Source of the DNA: a virus
Lineage: Duplodnaviria > Heunggongvirae > Uroviricota > Caudoviricetes
Direction: 5' to 3' (one strand)
IMG/VR virus record: IMGVR_UViG_2684622772_000013
DNA: 47,721 bases
The position numbers and the translations under genes are program-made. Below the pieces are notes generated by a model that saw nothing but the letters and a program-made list of their open reading frames with translations, was not told where the DNA came from and searched no databases. Below are positions 1-9,795 of the stretch, piece after piece (the first letter of the stretch is position 1; each line of letters starts with the position of its first letter).

Positions 1-1236
1 CTACGATAACCGCGCATTCAACATGGCTACCTGTTCGTCGTTCATGTCATCAATCCACATACCGTAAATTTCATACACCATCTGCGCAGTTTCATGCCCC
101 ATCTGGCTGGCTATAAACGCCGGGTTCGCTCCTGCCGTCAACAGCCAGCAGGCAAAAGTATGCCGCGTATGGTACGGATTACGGCGGCGAATACCAGCAC
201 GTTTTACTGCTGCATTCCATCTCGCACCCAAACTGCTTACCGAGTAATAAGGTTTCTGTTTTCCGTTACACACTCTGGGCATGAAAACAAAATGCAGTTT
301 TTGCTTTTCGGTTCTGCCGTACTCCCGATGATAAAAAGTGATTTCGCTTTTGCGATGATGCCCGGTCAGTTTGTATTGCTCCTTCAGTGCTTCAAGAGCA
401 GGCTGCAGTAGTGTTACCGTCCGGATCCCCGCATTTGTTTTTGGGGGACCGAACATATCCAGTATCGTCAGGTTTCTTCTGACATTCACAACTCCCTTCT
501 CGAAATCCACATCCTCCCACGCCAGAGCAGCCAGTTCCCCGTGACGAAGCCCGGAGTATACGGCAAATTTCCACAAGTTCTGGCTCTGTCCTTTTTCACT
601 TTCCATTAATGCATTGAATTCTGTTTTAGATAACGGGTCAGGCTTTATTCTGTTTCTCTGTAATTTCTTTACTCCTTCAAATGGTTTGGTTGATATAAAT
701 CCCGACTGATACGCAAAACGTAACAACGAACAGAGCAGGGCGATATAGTTATCAACTGTGCGCACGGTTCTTCCTTTTTTGTTGGATCTTGGATTATCCA
801 GGTAAAGCGTTTCTCCATGCAGCAGTTCATTCCGGTAGTTTAAGATATCGCTATAACGAATATGCGATATCGGAGTACTCTCACAAATTATTATCCTGAG
901 TGTTTTTAATTGTGATTTCGTTTTCTTCATTGTGTTTGTTGTTAACTCTGTTTCTTTAATTTTTGTCCAGATATCACAAAGCTCCCCGAACGTTTTTATG
1001 ACCCTCGTTGTCACCATTTTTGCCCCAGTGCTGGACTGGGGAAAACGTCTTAAATACTCAAACTCACCGGAATTGATTTCATGAACTATCAACGCTCTTA
1101 AATTCCCGGCTTTTTTAATGTTACTGTTAGTAACCTCCCAGCCTTTCAATGTTTCCCGACATCGTTTTCCTCGAAACATGAACCAGATGCGAATGTATTT
1201 ACCTCGAATCTCGACACCTGTTGGTAATTTAGACAT
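1..1236 (-). CDS. intR: Tyrosine site-specific integrase
   Basis: 411-aa ORF; N-terminus MSKLPTGVEIRGKYIRIWF and C-terminal HTRHTFACWLL...ASQMGHE catalytic region typical of tyrosine recombinases; ATG at 1234-1236; adjacent excisionase. Confidence 0.93.
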   Translation of the reverse strand: MSKLPTGVEIRGKYIRIWFMFRGKRCRETLKGWEVTNSNIKKAGNLRALIVHEINSGEFEYLRRFPQSSTGAKMVTTRVIKTFGELCDIWTKIKETELTTNTMKKTKSQLKTLRIIICESTPISHIRYSDILNYRNELLHGETLYLDNPRSNKKGRTVRTVDNYIALLCSLLRFAYQSGFISTKPFEGVKKLQRNRIKPDPLSKTEFNALMESEKGQSQNLWKFAVYSGLRHGELAALAWEDVDFEKGVVNVRRNLTILDMFGPPKTNAGIRTVTLLQPALEALKEQYKLTGHHRKSEITFYHREYGRTEKQKLHFVFMPRVCNGKQKPYYSVSSLGARWNAAVKRAGIRRRNPYHTRHTFACWLLTAGANPAFIASQMGHETAQMVYEIYGMWIDDMNDEQVAMLNARLS

Positions 1237-1237
1237 A

Positions 1238-1453
1238 TCATGAGTCTTTGATAAACTGATTTATCTTTGGATAGTTATACCAGATAATCCCTCGCTTACT
1301 GTCTGGCTTCCCTAAAGGAGATACTCGTTTGAAGTGGAAGCCTTCCACCCAACAGTTCTGGCGGTATGCTTCAATTTGTCTGGCCCCCAGACCAGTGCGA
1401 AGCATCAGGCCGTATTCAACCATCCACTCTTCATTAAAGATTACTTGTGCCAT
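1238..1453 (-). CDS. ydaQ: Excisionase (Xis-like)
   Basis: Small ORF directly upstream of int; start moved to internal ATG ([10 protein letters not shown]...) which has a GAGGTG ribosome-binding site 4-5 nt upstream; recalled as Rac YdaQ. Confidence 0.75.
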   Translation of the reverse strand: MAQVIFNEEWMVEYGLMLRTGLGARQIEAYRQNCWVEGFHFKRVSPLGKPDSKRGIIWYNYPKINQFIKDS

Positions 1454-1552
1454 CGCATCACCTCTGGCAGGCGCCAATGTTAGACTTAAATTGACGCCCG
1501 ATGTTGATTATTAATAATCAGCTATGAAGTTTTAATTTGAATACAATGCAAT

Positions 1553-1741
1553 TCACGAGGACTGAAGTTTCTCGCAATTAAAATTTATCAGTTTTACTTT
1601 CTGCTCTCTGGAAACGCCTGCTTCTTTTTTACCTGAGAGCATTTTTTCGCATTCTGATTTCGTTAGTTTAGATTTTGAATATCTTGTCCAGTTAGTAGGA
1701 GTGCCACCTTCCTTTTCAATAGTGGCGGTAATTTTATACAT
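1553..1741 (-). CDS. ydaC: Rac-type small protein YdaC
   Basis: Track ORF 1553..1813 trimmed to internal ATG MYKITATIEKEGG...; overlaps the ralR reading frame in the K-12-like arrangement. Confidence 0.6.
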   Translation of the reverse strand: MYKITATIEKEGGTPTNWTRYSKSKLTKSECEKMLSGKKEAGVSREQKVKLINFNCEKLQSS

Positions 1742-1928
1742 GAACACCTCCATTATTATTTCCAGTGGTTCGTTTATTTCATCGTTCGAGTGCTTCTTTT
1801 TCACTTCCACCATAACCGGTTCGGGATTCGCATCCGTTACACTTCGCTCGGTAATATCCTGAAATGGCTTTCACCGTTACTGATGGACAACCACAAAATG
1901 GACATGGTTTAACATTGTCATATCTCAT
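1734..1928 (-). pseudogene. ralR: ralR-like restriction-alleviation/type I toxin gene, apparently truncated by an in-frame TGA at 1779-1781
   Basis: Minus-strand translation MRYDNVKPCPFCGCPSVTVKAISGYYRAKCNGCESRTGYGGSEKEALER then TGA; downstream codons in the same frame read NKRTTGNNNGGVHV-stop, matching the recalled 64-aa RalR C-terminus. Consistent with a single W-to-stop change. Positions hand-counted. Confidence 0.45.
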
Positions 1929-1983
1929 AATTTTTCTCATAAAAATATTTCAAGTTGGCGGTGCATTACACCGCCAGGCTGAA

Positions 1984-2793
1984 TTATTCCTCTGAATTAT
2001 CGATTACACTGTATTCCCCGGTTAATACAGAGGAATCTGCAGGATCGATTGTCAGTGGTTCCTTTTCATCCATTGATACTGCACGCTGGATCTCAATTGA
2101 TACGGGCAGATATTTGAACAGGCGACGAATAGCCGTTTTCTTTGCCATTTCTTCCCAGTGAGTTACCCACGGCCCGTTATTACCAGCTTTACTCTGGCTG
2201 CGCACCAGCTCAATCTGTTTGCGCGTCATAACTTCAAACTGAGTACCTCCGTCTTTCAGTCTTGCGACAGCATAGACGTGGGTAACAGGGGCATCTTCGT
2301 TTTCTCCTGGGCGGTGTATTAACTTTTCATCAAGGCCAAATTCGAAATTAAACTCGTCACCTTCACGGACAACACGGGCTGACAGGCTGGCGATTTGACC
2401 TGAACGGCGAGCCAGATCAATCATGCCGCGATAGCCAATGATTAGCTGAACGTTTTTTTTACCGCTCTTTTCGTTTTTATTACCAAAAGGCAGTAAATAT
2501 GCATGACCGAGGGCGCTACCGGGCTCAAGTCCGAGCTGTGAACACTGTACGATTGCACTGACAAAACTCATAGTGTCACAGTTTCCTAACGCCGGAACTT
2601 TACGAATTTCTGTGGTGGCGATACGGATCATACGTTCAGCCGTCATATGGCGTGGAAGAGCTGCTGCCAGTTGCTCTTTCATTGATGGCTGGTTAATAAA
2701 ACTAATCACGTCGTTATTTTTAATTGCTGCTGGTGCACGGTTTCCCTGAGTTTTTTGCAGATCGGCTTTTGCGATTGGTGGTTGCTTAGTCAT
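1984..2793 (-). CDS. recT: RecT single-strand annealing recombinase
   Basis: Track ORF trimmed to [23 protein letters not shown] (269 aa), matching recalled E. coli RecT; start overlaps recE stop by 8 nt. Confidence 0.96.
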   Translation of the reverse strand: MTKQPPIAKADLQKTQGNRAPAAIKNNDVISFINQPSMKEQLAAALPRHMTAERMIRIATTEIRKVPALGNCDTMSFVSAIVQCSQLGLEPGSALGHAYLLPFGNKNEKSGKKNVQLIIGYRGMIDLARRSGQIASLSARVVREGDEFNFEFGLDEKLIHRPGENEDAPVTHVYAVARLKDGGTQFEVMTRKQIELVRSQSKAGNNGPWVTHWEEMAKKTAIRRLFKYLPVSIEIQRAVSMDEKEPLTIDPADSSVLTGEYSVIDNSEE

Positions 2794-5386
2794 TTGCATA
2801 TTCCTTAGCCCAGCGGGGCAGTGATAACGTCTTAATAGCTGGCCATTCATCGGTATTGAGGCAGTCAGCCAGGGTTCGCAGATTGCGGTGATATTCCAGC
2901 TGACCTGCCAGTTTTGCTTCTTCGCCCATCATGAAAATTTCAACCGGATAACGTCCGCATTCAATAGTTGTGCTGGCAACCAGAAAAACGAAAGTTGGCT
3001 GCACTCCAAACTGTGCTTCATAACCGTCACTGTAGAATGCATCCTGAACGTGATAGCGGTAGTCGTAATAAGCGGTTTTGAATCGTTGAATATCCGCCGT
3101 AGTTTTCACGTCCATGATCCAGTGAAATTCAGGGATAATTTTGTCCGGACGGCACCGACACAAAATTGCTGTTTCAGGATCTTCCCAGTAAATTGATGAT
3201 TCAGCGTGTCCGGCGCTTTCAACAAGCCATTGCCCCAGCGGCAAAGCCATAACGCTCTGATACATGAGTTCAATTTTCCGGCCTTCTTCGGCAGTGATAA
3301 CCGTTTTTCCTGTGCTTGCGCATTCCCTCAGAAACGCTTTCTCTTCTTCTTTTCCGGAGTTTGTCCGGCGGTTAAATTCAGGTGCTACGATAAAGCGGTT
3401 ACTGAATTCTTCCGGCTCAAGTACCCGGCAGTGGAAAGCGGTTCCTAAATCGAGCGTTTTTGTCTTTGTGGTGTCCACGGGGGCATTTTTACGCCACAAA
3501 TACAGTGCCGGAGTATCAGCAATGTCATCGAGCTGAGACTTACTGACACCGGGACCCGCGTGGTAATTCTCATTCGAAATTCCGTAATAAATACCTGGCT
3601 CTATGTCTTCTACGATTACGGGATCTGCGACTTCGCCAGTTTCATCACTGCAATCGCGATGCGGATCGCTGCCAGCATTCTCATTGTGCGGATGTTCAGC
3701 GCCTTCCATTTCCTCCGGATCATTTTCCTTAGCTTCAACCTGACTCTCTTCATCGAATGTTTCCTGGTATGTTGCGTCGCCCATCACCGCACCACAGTCA
3801 GGGCAGTTATCCCCGCCAGTCTGGCCGCAGGCATTGCAGGCTATTTCCGGTTCCTGTTGCACTACTGGCTCAGGTTGATTCATATCCGGGCTGGTTTTTT
3901 CCGTTTCTGGCTGGTTCTGGTACACACAATCGCGAGTCTGGATCCCCTTTACCCATTTCGGATCGTTCGGGTCGCTAATTCCGTCAACAAATTCACCACG
4001 TGATGCAGCAAGCAATTTATCGGCATCGACAGGATTTTTTGATGGAATGTTTTTCCGGGCTTCATGGAGTTCTGCCCGCAGTTCCTGATATTTCGCATCA
4101 ACAGAATTTACCTGTGACTGAGCATCCAGCGGCTGCGTGTCCTGATGATGTTCAGTTGCGTCCGGTTCCATTGTTTCAGCCTCTCCCTGTTCAACTGCCG
4201 TTGTTCCAGATGGTTGCGGTTTTTCTTCATCATCCTGTTTTCCTTCTTCTGTTACTCGCTGCGGCATCGGGGCAGAGGAGCGACCGCAGGCAATATCCAC
4301 GATTTCCGGATCAGGGTTGGCATGATCGGTTTCAGTCAGTACTTTGTTCAGATATTCAGTGACGTGCGCGGGGATGACCTCGATCCCAATTGGTGCTTCT
4401 TTTACGGACGCAACCACGATGGCGCGGGAATAATCCAGCCCGCCAGGCATGGTGATGAATTTGTCGCGGAAAACAGAAAAGGGCGGTTTATTTTCAGCGA
4501 TAATTTCCTCAATGCGTTTAGCGTGTGCCGGATGAAGGTTATAGATGTCCAGATCCATTGAACGGGCCAGTACGCCAGTGGCTACGTCCCGCGCCAGTGA
4601 CGTCAGATCGTGTACGAAACCTTCGCCGCGATCGGTGAGGTTTCCGCCGCCAGCATTAGCACCGGAAGCCGTGCGAGTGATGTGTGAAACACGATTACCC
4701 TTCATCCACTCTTTTGTCAGCAGTCCTCGATCGGTGTAGTCAGCGTTCAGGTATGCTTCGAAAAAAGCAGTTATCAGTCCCAGGTTTGAATTACCAGGAT
4801 TAGGGAAAACTTTGTCAGTGTCACGAACCAGTTTGTGGAGTTCGCGAATTTCCAGCGGGTCGAGCAGGCTGGTTTTGTGGGAAACAGCCAGGGCAGTAAC
4901 AGCCGGTAGTTCTTCAGCCCGAGCAATGTGTAATGCCTGGAGTCCGTCGCGTGAAACGTGCGTTACCGGTTTTTCGCTGCCGTGTTGAGCAAGCCAACGA
5001 ATGGGCAGTTCCTGGCCAGAAATTGGGAGTAGCATATTCTCCTCAATCTCAGTCATGTCTTCGCCGTTGACGTTGGTATTGCCTTGATAGTGAGCGTTGT
5101 CTGGTGCTGCTCCCGGTTTTAGTTCCCATGTCATGGAGTCTTTGCTGAGTTGATAGCGTTCACTCCAGGTAAAATCGATCTCACCTTCAGCGGGCAGGTC
5201 ATTAACGACAGGAAAATTCGTGGCAACAGCTTTAAAATAGCTGCTCAGTTTTTTACCTGACTTAACGATCAGGTAGTCCAGAGTGGCACAGGTCGATTCA
5301 AAATCGTTGCTTGCCCACAGGACGACGTCAGGTTCACCGGATGATTTTTTCGCTTTCCGTAACAGGAAGAGTGGTTTTGTGCTCAT
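2786..5386 (-). CDS. recE: Exodeoxyribonuclease VIII (RecE)
   Basis: 866-aa ORF, same length as E. coli RecE; begins [39 protein letters not shown]. Confidence 0.96.
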   Translation of the reverse strand: MSTKPLFLLRKAKKSSGEPDVVLWASNDFESTCATLDYLIVKSGKKLSSYFKAVATNFPVVNDLPAEGEIDFTWSERYQLSKDSMTWELKPGAAPDNAHYQGNTNVNGEDMTEIEENMLLPISGQELPIRWLAQHGSEKPVTHVSRDGLQALHIARAEELPAVTALAVSHKTSLLDPLEIRELHKLVRDTDKVFPNPGNSNLGLITAFFEAYLNADYTDRGLLTKEWMKGNRVSHITRTASGANAGGGNLTDRGEGFVHDLTSLARDVATGVLARSMDLDIYNLHPAHAKRIEEIIAENKPPFSVFRDKFITMPGGLDYSRAIVVASVKEAPIGIEVIPAHVTEYLNKVLTETDHANPDPEIVDIACGRSSAPMPQRVTEEGKQDDEEKPQPSGTTAVEQGEAETMEPDATEHHQDTQPLDAQSQVNSVDAKYQELRAELHEARKNIPSKNPVDADKLLAASRGEFVDGISDPNDPKWVKGIQTRDCVYQNQPETEKTSPDMNQPEPVVQQEPEIACNACGQTGGDNCPDCGAVMGDATYQETFDEESQVEAKENDPEEMEGAEHPHNENAGSDPHRDCSDETGEVADPVIVEDIEPGIYYGISNENYHAGPGVSKSQLDDIADTPALYLWRKNAPVDTTKTKTLDLGTAFHCRVLEPEEFSNRFIVAPEFNRRTNSGKEEEKAFLRECASTGKTVITAEEGRKIELMYQSVMALPLGQWLVESAGHAESSIYWEDPETAILCRCRPDKIIPEFHWIMDVKTTADIQRFKTAYYDYRYHVQDAFYSDGYEAQFGVQPTFVFLVASTTIECGRYPVEIFMMGEEAKLAGQLEYHRNLRTLADCLNTDEWPAIKTLSLPRWAKEYAND

Positions 5387-5487
5387 TGTTTTTTAACCTC
5401 AACTCAGATTAAAATTCGTTTTGTTCAGTGAATGATCTTGCCGGATACACACTGTTCATAGCCTGCGCCATACGCAGGCTATTTCTT

Positions 5488-5763
5488 TCAGATTTCACCT
5501 TTTAATTTCATTGCAATTAGAGTTGCCAGAAATTCGGCTTTTTTTTCTGCGGGCAGATTCTTTCCGATATGCACCAGGCACATTTTTTTGACACCTTCAT
5601 CAAGTGTTTTTACGTTGCCTGATGGACCATCGATATCAACCACAGTGAATGGGGTTTCTTTATTTTCTGTTTTAATTACGTAGCCAATGCGCTTTCCTTC
5701 CAGATTCACCTCGTGAACAATGTCATCGGTAGTTACAACAGTGGCTTCATAATTGGTAATCAT
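5488..5763 (-). CDS. racC: RacC protein
   Basis: Track ORF trimmed to MITNYEATVVTTDDIVHEVNLEGKRIGYVIKTENK (91 aa), matching recalled RacC. Confidence 0.85.
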   Translation of the reverse strand: MITNYEATVVTTDDIVHEVNLEGKRIGYVIKTENKETPFTVVDIDGPSGNVKTLDEGVKKMCLVHIGKNLPAEKKAEFLATLIAMKLKGEI

Positions 5764-5837
5764 GTTTTTCTCCTTAATTAAGGTTGAGCGAATACCTGCC
5801 ATTTCTGGCATAAATTCAGTTTCGAATAGTCAATTAA

Positions 5838-6008
5838 TTAAAGTTCATGTGCCATCTGGTCTTTTTCGGCACAAGCTTCACTGCAATATTTTCTCGGTTC
5901 GTCTTTTGATAAAATCCCGTGCATGAAGTGAAGCATTCTTTCAATAGCTTTGCTTTCTTCAACGTCTTTTTTGCAAAGGTGGTAAGCACATTTTATTTTC
6001 TTAGTCAT
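5838..6008 (-). CDS. ydaE: Small Cys/His-rich protein YdaE (metallothionein-like)
   Basis: 56-aa minus-strand ORF below the 60-aa track cutoff, translated by hand: [56 protein letters not shown]; start overlaps kilR stop. Confidence 0.7.
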   Translation of the reverse strand: MTKKIKCAYHLCKKDVEESKAIERMLHFMHGILSKDEPRKYCSEACAEKDQMAHEL

Positions 6009-6229
6009 CACCATGACTCCGCCTTTACAGGTAAACCATCACGACCGAGGAAGACTTTAATCATGCGGTCAGTAATGCATGTTTTTGTGGTCAGGTTACG
6101 AATATATAGTTTTCGCTTTTTAATATTGTTTGCCGAGGCAATATATGTCCGGCCTTCATGAAGAACATAATCGCCAGGAGTCACACACTGACGTGGTATT
6201 TCATCAGTTCCGAAGTGATGTGCAATCAT
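6008..6229 (-). CDS. kilR: KilR, cell-division (FtsZ) inhibitor
   Basis: Track ORF trimmed to [46 protein letters not shown] (73 aa), matching recalled KilR. Confidence 0.88.
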   Translation of the reverse strand: MIAHHFGTDEIPRQCVTPGDYVLHEGRTYIASANNIKKRKLYIRNLTTKTCITDRMIKVFLGRDGLPVKAESW

Positions 6230-6670
6230 AATTATCTCCATTTTTACAAATGAACTTTGTTGATGCGGTGCCTGGTGCCTCCAGGTGACTGCAACCAGTT
6301 AACAATTACAGTCGGCTTTCCCACCCAAACCAATAAGGACTAACATGACTTTTAACTGTGCCACGTGCGCTTAGCCGCATTCACCGCATCACAAAATTCA
6401 CTTTAAAAAGGGCGGACATCAGCCGAACTTCAAGAAAAAAACTGATGCCGCCAGGACTACACACAGCAATGTCGTTATTTACAACCGGAGGCGCACTCCC
6501 ACCATTTAAATTTAACAGACAAGACCGACTCTTTATGGATATCGGAAATGCGCCTTCGTGTTGTGCCCGGTTTTATTTCACCACCTCCGGGCTTCGGTGG
6601 TCTCGGCTATACCCCTACAGCGAGAGCTTGTGTTAACATTTCAATACCCTTACAGTTGAGAGTTATTGAT

Positions 6671-7159
6671 ATGTTGGATGTATTTACTCCATTGTTGAAA
6701 CTTTTTGCTAACGAGCCACTCGAAATACTTATGTATACGATTATCATTTTTGGTCTCACTCTCTGGCTGATACCGAAAGAGTTTACTGTCGCATTCAATG
6801 CTTATACTGAAATACCTTGGCTCTTTCAGATTATCGTTTTTGCCTTTTCTTTCGTGGTCGCCATTTCCTTCTCAAGATTGCGAGCACATATTCAAAAGCA
6901 TTATTCATTACTACCAGAGCAACGAGTATTGCTTCGTTTATCTGAGAAAGAAATCGCTGTATTTAAAGATTTCCTTAAAACAGGAAATCTTATTATCACT
7001 TCTCCTTGCCGTAACCCGGTTATGAAAAAATTAGAACGGAAGGGCATCATTCAACATCAGAGTGATAGCGCAAACTGTTCTTATTATCTCGTCACCGAAA
7101 AATACTCCCATTTTATGAAGTTATTCTGGAACAGCAGGAGTAGACGTTTTAATCGTTAG
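6671..7159 (+). CDS. sieB: Superinfection exclusion protein B
   Basis: Track ORF trimmed to ATG at 6671: MLDVFTPLLKLFANEPLE...FWNSRSRRFNR (162 aa), matching recalled SieB; hydrophobic N-terminal segment. Confidence 0.88.
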   Translation: MLDVFTPLLKLFANEPLEILMYTIIIFGLTLWLIPKEFTVAFNAYTEIPWLFQIIVFAFSFVVAISFSRLRAHIQKHYSLLPEQRVLLRLSEKEIAVFKDFLKTGNLIITSPCRNPVMKKLERKGIIQHQSDSANCSYYLVTEKYSHFMKLFWNSRSRRFNR

Positions 7160-7311
7160 CTTACTGTGTGCTTCTCCAACCATCGGCGCGCACCAGTTTC
7201 GGTTTTAAATGTTTTGCTTTTGGTATACGTCATGGCAGTGAACGTTCCATCCTGGTTGGGGAACACGCCGCACACCAGGGATTCGTTGTTGCCGAGGTCG
7301 ATTTTTTGCAT
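7156..7311 (-). CDS. ydaF: Small protein YdaF
   Basis: 51-aa minus-strand ORF below the track cutoff, translated by hand: MQKIDLGNNESLVCGVFPNQDGTFTAMTYTKSKTFKTETGARRWLEKHTVS; convergent 4-nt overlap with sieB stop. Confidence 0.7.
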   Translation of the reverse strand: MQKIDLGNNESLVCGVFPNQDGTFTAMTYTKSKTFKTETGARRWLEKHTVS

Positions 7312-7321
7312 TTTGCGAATC

Positions 7322-7456
7322 TCACATCTTGTTGCTGTGTATAGCGACTTCTGCCTGCCAGAGATCCCAGTCGTTGCTGCGTAAAGCCTGCACAGCCTGG
7401 TTGTAAGTGATACCGCAACAATCCATCAAATACTGAACTACTTCGTAATGCACCAT
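7322..7456 (-). CDS. ydaG: Small protein YdaG
   Basis: Track ORF 7322..7504 trimmed to MVHYEVVQYLMDCCGITYNQAVQALRSNDWDLWQAEVAIHSNKM (44 aa). Confidence 0.7.
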   Translation of the reverse strand: MVHYEVVQYLMDCCGITYNQAVQALRSNDWDLWQAEVAIHSNKM

Positions 7457-7620
7457 CTTATCTCTCCCCTTAACGCCGGGTGGCGGAACTGAAACCTGCT
7501 GCACTGCAAAATCTGAACCCTGCCGTCATGTTCATACGCCTCGGGCTGGCTACTTAACCCCTGACCACTGCCTGGTAACTCGAAGTATTGCCCTGCGTTC
7601 TGTGGGGCGGGGTGGGTTGG

Positions 7621-7680
7621 TAGGTATATAATGTACTTTGTGTTCATTGATGTAAAGTACTATAAGTACATTTTGTGTGT
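7621..7680. promoter_or_regulatory. Candidate leftward early promoter with operator-like ATGTACT / AGTACAT repeats
   Basis: Copies of ATGTACT (7631-7637) and its complement AGTACAT (7656-7661, 7664-7671) lie between the repressor 3' end and ydaG; the same motif recurs in the repressor/cro intergenic region. Confidence 0.4.
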
Positions 7681-7746
7681 AAAAAAATGAGATGGGATAA
7701 AGTGAAGCACAAACCCGGAGGGGGACGCTACCGGATTTATGCTGGT

Positions 7747-8184
7747 TTAAGAGGCTTTTTGTTTTTTCTTTCGTGCTAGCTCTTCGTAAATTGCATTGTA
7801 CTTCTGTTTTTTCTCCTCAAGAGTTTTTAAAAGTTCATCTGTCTCACTGTCAGGGAGCTCGTCCAGAAGGTCAATGATGATTTTTTGTCTTGGATTTAAC
7901 TCCTGATAGAAACGTACCTGTCCACTTTCTTCTGTATCCTCTCCCAAAAGATAGGTTGGTGTTGTTCCAATGAGTGTTGCTAATTCCCTTAATTTCTCTC
8001 GGCGAGGAATTGTTTCGCCATTAAACCATTTGCTAACCGCTTTTGGTGTTAATTTCATTCGACGGGCAATTTCTGCCTGCCTTCCATGTTGTTCATAACC
8101 AGCGTTTTCACAGGCTAGCGCAAGCCTACTGGCGAACTCTTTACGCGCTTTATCTTCATGAACCATAAGTTCAATGATATTCAC
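7747..8184 (-). CDS. Prophage repressor, XRE/cI-type HTH (RacR-equivalent position)
   Basis: HTH segment RQAEIARRMKLTPKAVSKWFNGETIP; divergent from a Cro-like gene. Track start is GTG at 8182-8184; an in-frame ATG lies 18 nt downstream, so the start is ambiguous. No C-terminal S24 peptidase motif seen. Confidence 0.7.
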   Translation of the reverse strand: MNIIELMVHEDKARKEFASRLALACENAGYEQHGRQAEIARRMKLTPKAVSKWFNGETIPRREKLRELATLIGTTPTYLLGEDTEESGQVRFYQELNPRQKIIIDLLDELPDSETDELLKTLEEKKQKYNAIYEELARKKKQKAS

Positions 8185-8245
8185 TCTTGAATGTACTGTC
8201 AGTTCTGTTATAGCATGTACTCAAAGTTCACATTGTGAGGGTGAT
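8185..8245. promoter_or_regulatory. Divergent repressor/cro promoter-operator region
   Basis: Two ATGTACT copies (8191-8197, 8215-8221) overlap a candidate rightward promoter (TTGAAT, ~17-nt spacer, TATAGC) upstream of the Cro-like gene. Confidence 0.45.
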
Positions 8246-8500
8246 ATGAACCAGAAAACACTTGAAGATGTAATCAAAACTGTTCGCGTTTCTGTTGTGG
8301 CCGACGTTTGTGGTGTCAGCCAAAGAGCAATCTACAAATGGATGGATAACGGAAAATTGCCTCGCACAGAATATACCGGCGAAACAAATTACGCTGAAAA
8401 AATCGCTCATGCATCAAACGGATTATTTTCTGCTGATGTAATTTTAACTATTGGCAGAAATAAAACTACTACGAAAAAGCTGATGGGAGTTGATTCATGA
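8246..8500 (+). CDS. Cro/YdaS-like HTH regulator
   Basis: 84 aa from ATG at 8246 (MNQKTLEDVIKTVRVSVVADVCGVSQRAIYKWMDNGKLPR); GAGGG ribosome-binding site upstream; divergent from the repressor. Confidence 0.75.
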   Translation: MNQKTLEDVIKTVRVSVVADVCGVSQRAIYKWMDNGKLPRTEYTGETNYAEKIAHASNGLFSADVILTIGRNKTTTKKLMGVDS

Positions 8501-8919
8501 AAATCAAGCATGAGCACATCGAGTCAGTGTTGTTAGCCCTGGCAGCCGAAAAAGGGCAGGCATGGGTAGCCAATGCCATTACTGAAGAATATCTGCGCCA
8601 GGGGGGCGGCGAATTGCCCCTGGTACCAGGCAAGGACTGGAATAATCAGCAGAATATCTATCACCGTTGGTTGAAAGGTGAAACGAAAACGCAAAGAGAA
8701 AAAATTCAGAAGCTGATCCCAGCAATTCTGGCAATCCTTCCGCGCGAGCTGCGTCACCGACTCTGCATCTTCGATACCCTGGAACGCCGTGCATTACTGG
8801 CGGCGCAGGAAGCGTTAAGTACGGCAATTGATGCGCATGATGATGCAGTCCAAGCCGTTTACCGGAAAGCGCATTTCAGCGGCGGCGGGTCTTCCGACGA
8901 TTCTGTCATTGTTCATTAA
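8497..8919 (+). CDS. ydaT: YdaT-like protein (toxin/cII-like regulator of the YdaS-YdaT pair)
   Basis: 140 aa, MKIKHEHIESVLLALAAEKGQAWVANAITEEYLRQ; start overlaps the Cro-like stop (ATGA); matches recalled Rac YdaT length and N-terminus. Confidence 0.65.
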   Translation: MKIKHEHIESVLLALAAEKGQAWVANAITEEYLRQGGGELPLVPGKDWNNQQNIYHRWLKGETKTQREKIQKLIPAILAILPRELRHRLCIFDTLERRALLAAQEALSTAIDAHDDAVQAVYRKAHFSGGGSSDDSVIVH

Positions 8920-8931
8920 GCAAAAGTTTCC

Positions 8932-9789
8932 ATGCTGTTTGTGCTTATTCTAAGCCACCGGGCAGCATCATACGGGGCAATTATGGCCGCATTACCATAC
9001 ATGCAACTGTACATAGCTGATTACCTGGCTGACACCATGCATTTGTCAGCAGAGGAGCATGGTGCGTATTTGTTGCTGATGTTCAATTACTGGCAAACAG
9101 GAAAGCCAATACCTAAAAACAGGCTGGCAAAAATTGCCCGTCTGACTAACGAGCGATGGGCTGATGTTGAACCATCCTTGCAGGAGTTTTTTTGCGATAA
9201 CGGCGAGGAATGGGTGCATCTTCGGATTGAGGAAGATCTGGCATCAGTCAGGGAAAAATTAACCAAAAAATCAGCCGCAGGAAAAGCATCTGTTCAGGCC
9301 AGAAGAAGCAGAAAGGAAGCAGATGTTCAAACAAAACAAGAGAGAAATTTAACAGGTGTTCAAACAGATGTTGAAGTGGTGTTTGAACATGATGTCAACA
9401 CAAAGGCAACTAATAAAGATACAGATAAAGATCTAAAAACAGATCCCCCCCTAAATCCCCCCCGGGGGAATCGAGGTGTCAAAAAGTTTGACCCTCTGGA
9501 TATTGCTTTGCCGAACTGGATTTCTGTCTCGCTTTGGCGTGAGTGGGTTGAATTTCGCCAGGCATTGCGAAAACCGATTCGAACGGAGCAGGGCGCTAAC
9601 GGGGCGATACGGGAGCTGGAAAAATTCCGCCAGCAGGGTTTTTCACCTGAGCAGGTGATTCGACACAGCATCGCCAATGAATACCAGGGCTTGTTCGCGC
9701 CGAAAGGTGTTCGACCTGAGACGTTACTCCGACAGGTTAACACCGTCTCGTTACCGGATAGTGCGATCCCGCCAGGCTTCAGGGGGTAA
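8932..9789 (+). CDS. ydaU: Replication initiation protein, YdaU-like (DUF1376)
   Basis: 285 aa, same length as recalled Rac YdaU; sits upstream of the DnaC-like loader; contains iteron-like repeats and an AT-rich tract in its central linker. Confidence 0.75.
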   Translation: MLFVLILSHRAASYGAIMAALPYMQLYIADYLADTMHLSAEEHGAYLLLMFNYWQTGKPIPKNRLAKIARLTNERWADVEPSLQEFFCDNGEEWVHLRIEEDLASVREKLTKKSAAGKASVQARRSRKEADVQTKQERNLTGVQTDVEVVFEHDVNTKATNKDTDKDLKTDPPLNPPRGNRGVKKFDPLDIALPNWISVSLWREWVEFRQALRKPIRTEQGANGAIRELEKFRQQGFSPEQVIRHSIANEYQGLFAPKGVRPETLLRQVNTVSLPDSAIPPGFRG

Positions 9790-9795
9790 CTGACC

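Noticed and set aside
3560-4561. Several plus-strand ORFs of 120-147 aa inside recE
   Set aside because: Antisense to the full-length 866-aa recE reading frame.
7438-7647. 69-aa minus-strand ORF in the repressor-proximal intergenic region
   Set aside because: Overlaps the putative operator/promoter region and the ydaG start; no ribosome-binding site; more likely regulatory DNA.
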